Positions 12,701 to 23,774 of a DNA stretch of 64,000 nucleotides are shown piece by piece. A model generated the notes under the pieces. The model saw nothing but the letters and a program-made list of their open reading frames with translations. It searched no databases and had not been told where the DNA came from. Both the position numbers and the translations under genes were made by a program. The DNA comes from Macrostomum hystrix (Eukaryota; Animalia; Platyhelminthes): NCBI GenBank assembly GCA_950097015.1, contig CATNEN010000007.1, positions 6,386,001 through 6,450,000 of the forward strand, given 5' to 3'. How positions within the stretch are numbered: the stretch's first letter is position 1; each line of letters starts with the position of its first letter.

Positions 12701-12999
12701 AAAAACATCGCGCTCAAGTGTACCTGCTCAACACCTAGATCCGCGTCTAACTGAGCCGCAATGCCTTGCAACAGGGCGGCAACAGTGGCCGAACAATTGC
12801 GCGAGGTTGAGCGCAGGAACTGGGCCCGCTCCAGCTCGGACAGCAGGGCCGTCACCTCATCGTCGGCATCGCCGCGCCGACTACCATGCTGACTGAGCCA
12901 CCAGTGGAGAAGGTAGGCGCCACCGCCTAAAATGGCACCACCGAGGGCTAGTTTGCCCCGGTGTCGCTTGATAAAGCGCCAGGCGCGACCGAGCACCAT
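9793..12999 (-). CDS. PEX3: Peroxin-3. Exons 12999-12724, 11785-11525, 11054-10590, 9993-9793 (~400 aa)
   Basis: N-terminal WRFIKRHRGKLALGGAILGGGAYLL (basic + TM peroxisomal targeting segment), HVQLHLLAGLL, C-terminal LPLLKVLPLIN...LARFSAELFESL; all introns phase 0. Confidence 0.88.
10010..10288. repeat. 20-bp tandem array (ACTCAGGCTGATGGGATAAC) in PEX3 intron 3, next to the acceptor
   Basis: ~14 copies visible. Confidence 0.95.
11135..11435. repeat. Dispersed intronic repeat, copy 2 (related to 5640-5960)
   Basis: Same collinear blocks, same orientation. Confidence 0.7.
11865..12622. repeat. 30-bp near-perfect tandem array (CTCCGATCCTGCTACTTCCTCTGGTCCTTT, ~24 copies) in PEX3 intron 1
   Basis: Direct observation. 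Confidence 0.98.
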
Positions 13000-13637
13000 G
13001 GCTAGATGTAGTAGGGGGGCTGGAAGTGGACAGCGCGTGTTTAGTGCACAGACTGAATACCCATAACGTATCAGCAATTTCATGGAGACTTGAATGCATT
13101 GTAAATGAGATATCGCTTATCTCCAGCTTTTTATGACAATGACAATTGGTTGTAAACATATTATAATTATAATATTATAATTAGAGATCAGAAGGCCAGC
13201 AAAAAAAATTGTTGGCAAACCTGGATAATTTTTGTGTGAATTTTAGAAATTCAGGTATATAATAAAAATTTATTTATTTCATACATGTGATGATATTTGT
13301 AGAGATCTTATGTTCTGGCTTTCTATCAAGTGAAATAGCCAATAATGAGCAAGACAACAATCAGTCCATTGACAGGCCAAGGAGTCTTAATTCTAAATGT
13401 CTGAAGCATGTATCACTAATCTACAGATTAAAGCAAACAGCATGATGTATTTCACTTCTGATTCTGCCTTCATTGGCTATTAAAACTCCACTGTGAGCCC
13501 TTACAGACTGGATGAATACTAAGAGAATTAAAGAGAAAGAGATATAAAATATAGTTGTACAATTGAGATCATTGCGAACACTCTTTGGAAAGCCTATAAT
13601 CAGAAATGCATATATACCATAAAGCAATCGACCAGAA

Positions 13638-13790
13638 TAACTAAATATGCTACCTAGACTAACTAAATATGATACCTAGAAGAATTAAATCTGATACCTA
13701 GACTAATACATCATACCTAGATGAACTAAATATGATACTTAGACTAACTACATAAATATACCTGATTAACATAAATATGCTACCCAGAAA
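13638..13790. repeat. Degenerate ~22-bp AT-rich tandem repeat (AACTAAATATGATACCTAG core)
   Basis: Several diverged copies. Confidence 0.7.
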
Positions 13791-14195
13791 TTACTTTTAA
13801 TATATATAATACATTCTCAGAGACAAATTCTAGGAAAATATCAACTTTTTCTTAGACATTCATTAGAGTTTAAAATTATTTTAAAATAAATCTGTAACAA
13901 CATTTGTGTCAAAAGTTGAATGTTAAAAATAAGAACTAACACAACTAAGAAATGAATATTAATAAAGGGATAAATACTCTACTAAGAAGTTAGGCCTGAG
14001 ACAGAACTGAGACACATCTAAGAATAAATTTGAACATCGTATACAAACATGTTAGGTTCACCCTCAATTTCACTCATAGAAGGTACTATAGAAAAGGCAT
14101 TATCATAAGAGATATGCCATTTAGGAGTAAGGCTTAAAGAGTTCTGTGATTGGGTGAAGGCTTGAAATCAAACTAAAGGCACTTCCTCTGTTCTT

Positions 14196-14340
14196 TCAAA
14201 TATACTAATAATGAATAAACTAATAATAAAAGAATGGTGATTAAATCAAATATACTAATAATGAATAAACTAATAATAAAAGAATGGTGATTAAATCAAA
14301 TATACTAATAATGAATAATAATAAAAGAATGGTGATTAAA
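14196..14340. repeat. ~50-bp triple tandem repeat
   Basis: tcaaatatactaataatgaata...aagaatggtgattaaa x3. Confidence 0.9.
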
Positions 14341-15559
14341 CCAGTGAATTGCAGAGTGCAACCAAATTAAAAAATAACCTGTATATAATATAGAAAATAT
14401 AAATGTCTTACTGCTTAAACATATATCAAATCATTATAATTCGAGTGAATAATTATTTTTATTATCATGAATCATTATCTTTTTGAAGAGTAGGCCCTAG
14501 GCCTAACATCTAGGATGAATTAGATAAGTAAATTTGGAATGTGAGTACAGTTAAAGTTGTGAGTATGTCATTCTACTGCAATATTGATATTTATAGCGTA
14601 GTTTTTAATTTATCATATATGTATTTTTCTCGTAGGCCTAGGCCTAATCATTTTTACACGCTCTTGGGTTTGCCCTTTTTAGTAAAAATATCAATTTTTT
14701 ATATTTATTTACTCATATTGAGTAAATGCTCGTTATTACTTTCGTTTTTTGCTTTTGTACCTATTTAGAACTGCCTTTATAATTTATACCTTTCAAATAC
14801 TTTTCCGAATTCATCCAAATAAACATAAAATTACATTGGCAAAACAGGCTGCTTGCCTGAGCCTACCTACCTACCTATCTGCTCACCAAAAAATGATACA
14901 CTGCATATCAAATCAACGAAAATCAAATGTGTCTACTGGATAAGCCTGGCCAAAGCCAAAAAGTGCAACAATTAAAGTCACTGATATTTCTGATGGCTGC
15001 CTGACAAAACAATTATTATTTTTAATTTAAGGCATACTCAGTTGAAGTCAATTTGCTTGATCAAAAAGCGCGCAAGCTATTCGAACGAATCTTTTGATTT
15101 CTATGAAACCTTTTGATTGACCTACTTAACACCGTTGACATCTCGTTAATTTTAAGAGACAGATCATATCCCTCTACTGTCCTGAATTTTCAATGTACAA
15201 AACTACTGTTAAAGTATGAAGGAAAAGGGCCATTTAATAGGCCTATGTGACATTGCAGCGATGTTGGTGTGATTCTACTTATTTAACGTGTCAAATATTC
15301 TCGATCAGTCAGCATTTTCATTTTCAAGACCAACTTGGAGTAGAATTACTTTAGTAATTCTTTGGAGTAAAAACTAGTTTAAGTAGTTTAAGTAGTCACT
15401 GACAAGAACCTAGTCATATCCTAAAATAACGTAGCTAAGTTAAGAAAACGCTAAACCCTACATCAAATCGAGTAAAGTATAGCTAGTTACAAAAACTTGG
15501 ATTTTCGTCTAACAAAAACCAAACTTACAACGTACTTCACTGGACCAAGACCGAAAGTG

Positions 15560-15910
15560 GGTAACTGTAACTGCGCGCGTAAGTGAAGCGTTTCGCAGAA
15601 TTGTCAATTCATGGGTGTCGGAGATGTCAGGTCCGACTGAAGCAGTTCGACGTTGCGCGCGGTCCCTGCAGGTAAAGCAGCAGCTCATCAATTGCAGGGG
15701 CTCTTGGCAGCGCTGCTCCGCTCGAATGACGTGGCCGGCCAGCTGCAGGCGCCGGGTCCGCAGAGCTGGGCTCGGTGGTACAACTAATCGTTTGTAACGT
15801 TTGCGACGGTATTTGGCGTGTAGTGAATCCCGAACGCGGTGTGCAGGAGTACTGCGTGCGCAGTGTCCAACTGGCGCTCCTGCGAGCCGGTCAGGGTCCA
15901 CGTGAAGGCT
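15560..15910 (-). mobile_element. 3' fragment of an RTE-like non-LTR retrotransposon, degenerate
   Basis: Minus-strand AFTWTLTGSQERQLDTAH and LRTRRLQLAGHVIR match post-RT motifs of RTE-type ORFs; short (AGTTAC)2 tail at ~15562-15573. Confidence 0.65.
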
Positions 15911-15959
15911 TTGTGTGTGGGCACACCCGTGGCACACCATCCAAGCGGCTTAAGTCAAC

Positions 15960-18900
15960 GTAGCGAACGCCGACGAAAGAACGGCGCCACGAGCGCAACC
16001 TCCGTGGCCTTCTTCGCGGACGTATGTGAACAGCCGCTGGCCAAACTTAAATGCTGTTGGGTGGAGCGATCGTCCAGGTGGCGCCAATGACCACAACAAC
16101 GGGTCCCACCAAAACCAAGCAAAATGCGCGCAACAGCTCATGGTTGCAAATTGGAATTGCCGAACTCTTCAAGCAAGGTGGAGACAAAACGATCTGCTGG
16201 CACAACTTGCAGGCGACCTTAATTTAGACTTAGTCACTTTCGATCATCACCGAGCCGGGCTACGACAGGAGCATCTCGGCGGCGGCTGGCTTCTGCAATA
16301 TAGCACAGCGGATCCAAGAGAAGGAGTCGCTGTACTGATCAGTCCACGCCTGCAGCGCTGCGCACGATGCGAGAGCCTATCACCGCGAGTTATGCTGCGT
16401 CTGTTCTGCGACTATGCACCCACAGCTGCACATCCGACGGAGCATCAGCAATTTATGGAGCTCCTGTCGGGGCAGCTGGAGGCAGTCGCTCAGCGCGATT
16501 CGGTGCTGGTGCTCAGAGACTTCAACGCTGTGATGCTAAAGTATGAGCGCGCTCTGTTCGTCACTCCACGCGAGAACGCTCACGTGGAGCGGCATAGACG
16601 GCAGGATGTCACGATCTGGTATCGGCGAACACTATGTTCCAAAATCCGCATCAGAGACTGGTGATTTGCTCGCACCGACGGGACACAGCGCCTGTGAGGT
16701 ATGAGTCAGTCCAGGCCCACGGGCTAAGGTCTGCGATGCCTCACACCTGCAGTTGTTTTTTGAGCAGGCTCGGCAGAAAGGAGCCCTGTGCCTTCGGGTG
16801 CAGGAATCCCTCTACACTGTCCCGTCAGCTGACCCATGGGTTCACATCCCGCGAGTGTTCAAGGCTGACCCTAGGGCAGCCGGACAAAATGGGCAACAGC
16901 GCTGGATGACCCATCCAGGGCCTCTGACCGAACTGGGTACCTCTAGCCCTGGCTGGAGGGAAAGGTGTCACCCTTTGACCATTACAGGGTATGCGGCAAG
17001 TCCGCAGCATTTTGTCCACCTGTGCAAGATCAGTTACCTCTGGCTACGGCTCTGAGGAAAAGGTGTCACCCTTTGACCTTAACAGGGTATGCGGGTCAGT
17101 CCGCAACATCACGTACCTGTGCGCCATCAGGTGCCTCTGGCCACGGCTCTGAGGTAAAGGTGTCACCCTTCGACCTCACAGGGTACACAGCCAGTCTGCG
17201 GGCCCGGCACTGCTTTTTGTGCTCTCCAATGCGTAAGGTCTCACCGCGCCGAGGGGCTGGGAGGTCCGGGGAGCAAACCGGCCATTGGCGGTCCTTCATT
17301 CTTCTTTTTTTGCATTCCAGCGATTTTCGGAGAGTTATGGCTTCTCAAAATTTAAAGAATCCGATGGAGCTCGAGGAGGTACCCACGACTCGCGAAGGGC
17401 CCTCTCCGGTCAACATCACGACCACCGCAGGACCAAGCTACACCGGACCTGCCCCACCCAGCGCCGGGCCCAACGAGCCGCCGGACGCCAAGCGGAGCAG
17501 CACGTCCGCAGCAGCCCGCCGCAGACGCCTCAAGGCCAAGCTACGGGCCGCGGACGCCACCGACGCGTCAAGGCCCTAGGCCTGCCTGCCCTGCCGCCCT
17601 GGAGGGTGGGGCCTCTGCCATCGCGGCTATGGGGGAGTCGTAAGCTCGCCGGTAACAACCGGCCCACCTTCGCCGCCGTCGCAAAGAGGCAGCCGGCGAT
17701 CGTCTGACTCGGCAGAGACGCACGTCTGACTGCCGACCAGCTGAAGCAGGCGAGCCGCGTCATCGACGGGCTCCTGTGGAAGCAAACTCTGAACGGGTAC
17801 GCCCCTGGCAACAAAGACCCACGCCACGCGGGACTCGTGCTGCTCATCTGGCCCAGCGATGCCGAGTCAGGCCGGCACCTCCTGGAGATGCTGCTTGAGC
17901 AGAACTGGGAAGCCAATATGGCCTTCCATCGAGAGGACGAGCCACCCCAGACGAAGAGGCACCGCATCTTCGTTCCGGCGGCCAGCGTCGTCACCTCCTC
18001 GGAAGAGTTGCCGAATGTACTGCTTGCAGTCAACCGCGACCTAGCGGTGCACGATACCATTCAGCATCCCGAGGGTCGGGGCTTCACCGCCATTCTTGGC
18101 CTGTCGGGCGACTGGATGCGCAAGTACCCGGACGACACACAGATCGCCATCGGCCTCCTAAAGCTGCCCATCAGAGCTTTTGAGGCTGACAAGCGCCGAA
18201 AGCAGGGCGCGAACCCAACTGAGGCAGCAGCTCTCGAATAGGGGGCATAAAGCCCAGCATAGCCGCGCTGGTAAGGCAGATCGCGCTGTTAAGGGGGGCT
18301 CTGATCGCCATCCAGCGCGCTCCACTAAGCGGAAAGGCCTCCTGCAGAGGGCCGCAGAGGCAGTCCAGGCTGCCAAGCTGACCCACCTCAGGAGGGAGGT
18401 CTCCGGCCAGTCGAGGCGAGATGCCCAGCCTAGGGAGACTGGCGGCGCCACCGATGGGCCCAGCTCCACGGAGCAGGGACCTCGGGGGCCACGCCAAGTT
18501 GCCCAGGGCGGGGCACTCACCGAGACAGTGGGCACCACTCAGAAGGCGAGCTCCGCTGCGGGAGGAAATAGGGCGCCTCAGGCTACCCAATGCCCGCCTG
18601 CAGGCCAGGAGCCCGACCCTGAGGGCGAGCACATGGAAACCGGCAGCCCCCGTTCTTTCCTCATCACTGAAGAGGAGGAAGAGGGCCTTCTGGCCCAATC
18701 CCCTCAGAAACCGGAAGACCAGCAATGATTGAAAATTTTAGCTGCCTTCAAATAAATACTCAGCACTGCGTGGCGGCATCGGTTAACCTGATGCGCACCG
18801 CTGAGCGCACCCTCCCGAGCCTCATTTTTGTTCAGGAGCCCTGGCTTTCCAAAGGTAAGTATACCAATCTACCTTCGGGATTTGACAGTTTTTGCATGGC

Positions 18901-20290
18901 GGATACCCCTCGCCCCAGATCGCTGATCTTTGCTGCAAATTCTCTAAAAGCGTGGATGAGACCCGACCTAGCTGTCCACCGGGGACATCTGCGTGATCCA
19001 AACCCTGCACATTGTGCAGCGTAAGTCTACTCTGGTGGCGTCGTATGCCCCCTGGCAGGGGGCATATACCTGCCAGGCGATGCCCCCACGGTCAGCGATG
19101 CGCTGGTAGCTCTCTGCGACTACGCGCATGTGCACAACTTCGAGCTCCTCCAGGGCAGTCCAGGGTAGCGGTCCCATGTCCGTCTCACCGCCTGCGCAAA
19201 GCCCTCTTAAAGCTGAACCGCAGAGATCTCCGCGCAGTCAGCATGGCCCTCTTAGGGCATGGCTGTTTTTCTCGGCATCGCTATCTCCAGGGCCAGCTCC
19301 TGGAGGACAAATGCACCTTTTGTAGCTCGGGCAGCGAAAATGCCGAGCACTTTATCTGCCACTGCCCAGTTTTCACCAGGGCAAGGCTTGAACACCTGGG
19401 GCCTAACCGAACTCTCTCCGATGTTTGCAGGCCCGAGAGCATCCCTCAGCTTCTTCCCGATACCTTCGGAATACTGGGCGAGCCAACGTCTTCCCCACCG
19501 ATAGTGCGGAGGACCACGCTGCAGGCGAGTCCGACGGGCCACCCTGAGCAACACTACCTTTCCTGAGGTCGTCTGTTTTGCCAGGGGTTAGCGGAATGAG
19601 CGGTCCCCTCCGCCTCCTCGCTGCGTCCGCCGGTACGGAGCAGCCTGCAGCTAAGTCAAGTAAGTCAAGACTGGTGAATTTTGCAGGATGCAAGCGACCG
19701 CGCCAAAACGCTTGTGTTAATTTCGCCTAGAGGAGACTCGCCCAGCTGGACTACGTGCTGCTTCGCTGGCGATAGCAGCGCCGCGTGCCCTACTGCGACA
19801 TAGTGGCTTCACTAGCTGTGCGGTCGGTGCGGCTGTATTATGACCTGAAGGACCCTGATCTGTACCGACCACCTAGAAGGCAACTGAAGCGCCATTTCCG
19901 TGTCCTTCGCAATCCAACTGCGAGAAGCCGCGGTTCTGTATGGCCTTCACCGAGGCGATGGAAGAGAGGCCGGAGACAGCTGCTGCAGCGGGATTTGGAA
20001 GCATCAGCTCCGCCATCCATGTCGCCGCCGCGTAAACCCTGCCGCTGGTACAAGCAGCATCAAGCGGTAAGTCTGTGGCAGGACGATGAGTCACTGCGGC
20101 AGGCCCGGCTAAAAGTTGTGAGACTGCGACGAAGAGGACAAGCTACGGAGGATGCCGAGAAAGCCCTGACGGAGACCTTAAGACGCGGCAGTGCCCGCGG
20201 TGGAGGCAGCCTGCGAGGCTGCTATCCTCAAAATCACCGACGCCAGTCCTGACAAGAAGCCAGTCTAGTCGTGCCATGGTCATGGCATAG
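15960..20290 (+). mobile_element. 5' part (AP-endonuclease region) of an RTE-like non-LTR element, pseudogenised and interrupted at 16665-19667
   Basis: LMVANWNCRTL, GVAVLISP, YAPT, VLRDFNA before the insert; the frame resumes after it (QNPHQRLV|NFAGCKR) and RLAQLDYVL follows. Confidence 0.75.
16665..19667 (+). mobile_element. Nested non-autonomous Loa/R1-like LINE: structured 5' UTR, disrupted gag-like ORF1 (17337-18728), ORF2 reduced to endonuclease start plus C-terminal CCHC, (TAAGTCAAG)2 tail
   Basis: 10-bp TSD AGACTGGTGA at 16655-16664 and 19668-19677; CLQINTQHC...FVQEPW endonuclease motif; LLGHGCFSRH..CTFC.....ENAEHFICHCP; no RT domain. Confidence 0.85.
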
Positions 20291-22619
20291 CATCTGCCAT
20301 GGTCATATTTTATAGGCCACGGCACATTGGCCCATGCCACACCCAGCACCCATATAAGCCCTAAAAACTGGGTTCTGGGGGTTTACGTCTCCTTTGAGAC
20401 TCCCTTGGATACGCCTCAGACAAAAAATATGAGATCTGGCTCACAAGACAGCTTATTTTGGTCGACGAACCCTTAAAAAGGCATGGATAACATTAAGTTT
20501 AACAAATTTGATTAATTAAAATGTATAATTGCCATTAAGAAGCAATCAACCTTTTTTCTTTGCTTGTTTTAACTAGACTAAAAAGTTAGCATCGATAAGG
20601 AATATGAAATGAGGCACAACAATGTTGTAGTTTAAACAGGTCACAAAATAAAGTATTTCTTAAAGTTCTAATTAAACTAATAAGCTATAGTCAGCAAGCA
20701 AGCTTTTTACGCGCAGCTAACTGCGCCATATTTTTTGCCACTTTGTATTTATTCTTTAAAAAATATATTATTTTTTGTTGCACAATTTGATGATGGCATA
20801 CAATTAGGTCTAGTGCTTTTTGGCACAATAAAATGCCTGGCATATTTTTGTTCTCATTCTAGCTCTAGTCTACATTAGTTAAACTTTGGTTCCTTGTTGG
20901 TAAATCTTACAAGTGACACCAACTAGATTTTTTTTGCACATAGTAGGCTATTCAAAAATCTATCATGTTCAACTAGGCCCTACTCCTTTACTTTTTGTAC
21001 ATTTTAACATTGCACTACATCTACAGTGTAGTGTACAGTCATTAGGTCACATAGGTCACAGTAATTTATATTTTTATATTTGGCTATAAAATTTGCCCTT
21101 TTGCCATGGAAAGAACTGAAATTTCAATCACTACTCCTAGTATACCTGCTCTAGGCATATTGAATGGTAAAGTTGCATGATATTGCAATATACTGAAAAA
21201 ACTTGGGAAGTTAAAGCCATTTTAATATTTATATTTTTTACCATGTTACTGATGTACACATAGTTTTCTATATACAGTTTGTTTCCATGTCATTGTCAAA
21301 ATGGCAATATGTAAACATGGCCACAAATCATTATACAACATACAACTACTGTAGTCTTTGAATTTAACTGTTAGGACAACAAAAACAGTAAAGTAAGTAG
21401 AAACAGTATAAAATAAAAAGCTCTTTTTATGCATGCACATTTTTTGTGAATGGAGTGAAATATTAAAATACATGTTTTTTTATTTTTATAATCTATACAA
21501 CACATATAAGCTATGCAAACAGTTAAAATTTTAATATTCACATGGAAGTAGGCCTAAAGATTATATGATATTATAAATATGTCTAATTTTGAAAGTGTGC
21601 ATTTTCTTGCTTAGTGAAAAAGAAAAGCTTATATTTAGCAATTTTATTTGTTTGTACACTATATAATTGCCATTTGCAGCAGGGAAAGGCAAATTATGTA
21701 TAGCTTTTGCATCCTATTTGTTTTTTAGAGCATCCAATTTGGTGTGTTGCAAAGGGCTTAGTAGAATTATAATGATACCCTTTCTAAATATTTTTCTAGA
21801 AAAATGCAGTTTTAGAAGTGTAATAGAAATGGCTTAGCTAGGATGATTTTTCAATCCACTGTCTCCATTAGAATTGGGCCTGAAAGTTGGATTTGTGGGT
21901 TTTAGTCGCCCTTGTCAAATTGCCGCTTTGCTAGTCAAGCATCAATGCACTATTCATCTTTGCAGCTATTCTAACATCATTGTTAGCTATGTTGTCCACC
22001 ATCCTAGCAATAGTTGAGCTCAAACATTTTTGTAGGGAAACCCAGTACTTAAGATTCAATTTTTTTATTTTAGAGCAGGGGAAGATGTCCTTTTGTTGAC
22101 TACAAACCTATTTTGTCTGCTAGAGCCCACCTGAAGCATTGCTGTGCTACATTAAAAGTACACTCTTTTGCAAGGTTACAGCCACAGGGCTCTGGTTTCC
22201 AGGAAAGCCTCATGCTTTGGATGTGTATAGCAAACTGCTGTCAATCCTGGTCATGCAAAACTGCTTAAGCTTAAGGGATTAATTTCTTTAGACTCTAGTC
22301 ATACTAGCTCAAGGTCATGTTTTACTATATGATAGTACATAGAGAGAAACATGCAACATACTTTAATTCCTTTATAAATATATTGAACTCTTAAATGAGC
22401 TATGTACCCATTTGCCTAGGTAGGGTACAGTGCCCATTGCAGACCAATTTAACATGTACACCAAATTCTAAATCTGAGTTGGATGCACTGACGATTGATG
22501 TAGTCTTTCTGCTATTATGTTTGATATTTAACTATGCCCAGACAACATCAGCTCTGGGATTAATCTAAATTATCCCTATTTAATGTCCTTAACCTTTAGT
22601 CTAATGAGAGGCAGTAGAA

Positions 22620-22800
22620 AGGGGGTTGTAGCCTAGTGGTTAGAGCATTGGCTTGATACCTGACTCCATTGAAACAATTTGTGTCCTTTAGCAAGACACT
22701 TAAGAACTTAACTCTGCTTTGCTTCAGTTCACCCAACTGTTAAACAGGTACCAGCATTAGCTTAAGGGTAATGGAGGTCAAGTGTGAAGTCTATGGACTG
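22620..22800 (+). mobile_element. tRNA-derived SINE family 1 with a CORE-like domain (B box deleted)
   Basis: A-box GTAGCCTAGTGGTTAG; tgtgtcctttagcaagacacttaa...cttcagttcacccaactgttaaacaggtacc. Confidence 0.7.
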
Positions 22801-23774
22801 AATAATAATATTCAACCTTAAGATGCATTGCAATAGCTGCTGCTATGCTGTTGGCTGCACATTTGGCCTGATTGGGGCAGGTGTGATCAATTAGTGCTGT
22901 TTATATTGAGTGGCAAAATGGATATTCTAGCTTAACAATTTTTTGTTGTTCATCAATATCGCCAAATGTGTCGAATTTCTTTGTCATTATTATTTTGATT
23001 GATGCAATATAAATTTAAGATTTTGCTTTTTTCTAATATTTGTACACTTTGTCTTGCTTGTTAAAGAAACATTTGTTTATGCATGGCAAATATCTGTTTA
23101 AATTTGTATTCAGAACACTTATCTCTATGTTATATAATCCAGCATTAAAATGTTACTTTTATCTGGATGTCACCATAATATTAACAGTGTCTGAAATATT
23201 TGCACCTAGCTTGACTTGCTTATCTTTTGATTTTTATTTCTGTCTTCATTTTTAACTTCGACCCTGTTACTTTCAGCCTAAGACCCCGCAAAGTTAGACT
23301 AGGGGCCTAATAGTTGTCATGAGAAGTTTAATTGCATAATAGCTTGGTGACTAGAATATAGCTGGCCTTGCTAGTTAAAACTCCTTATCACTTTTAGTTA
23401 TTCAACGGCTATGTGTAAACTGCAGGGTTGAACAGCATTATCAATTATTTCGATTATGTAAACAATTTAGAAAAGTTAATCGCTGCGGATGCTGATGTAA
23501 GGCATTTGCACACACTCTAATGCCTCTACACTGCGCACATCTTTCTGCTTGCATGCCTTCGTCAATTGTCCTGTTTTCTAGCAATTTTTCACGGTACAGT
23601 TATAGGCCTTCGATGCCCGTTGCTCCTAGTTGACTGGCTAGTTAGCGATGTGGGTCCTAGCTAGCTGTATTCTATCTGTTTTTCACAGTCTGCAGTGCCA
23701 CTTGGCTGTCGCTTGATGTGATGTTGTGAGTTCATGTAAATATAAGGAATCGGACCTAACCATTGCAGCAACTG

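Noticed and set aside
17046-17062. CTGAGGA hammerhead-core-like motif
   Set aside because: No stem II plus GAAA arrangement, and not conserved in the other two repeat units
19570-19660. HDV-ribozyme-like motif GCCTCCTCGCTG...GG...GCTAA in the LINE 3' UTR
   Set aside because: A partial P1/P3 can be drawn, but P2 has no partner and P4 is poor; more likely an ordinary 3' stem-loop. An RNAMotif/Infernal search would settle it
21700-22300. Faint pogo/Tigger-like transposase traces on the minus strand
   Set aside because: Only scattered 3-4-residue resemblances among stops and frameshifts; not supportable without a profile search
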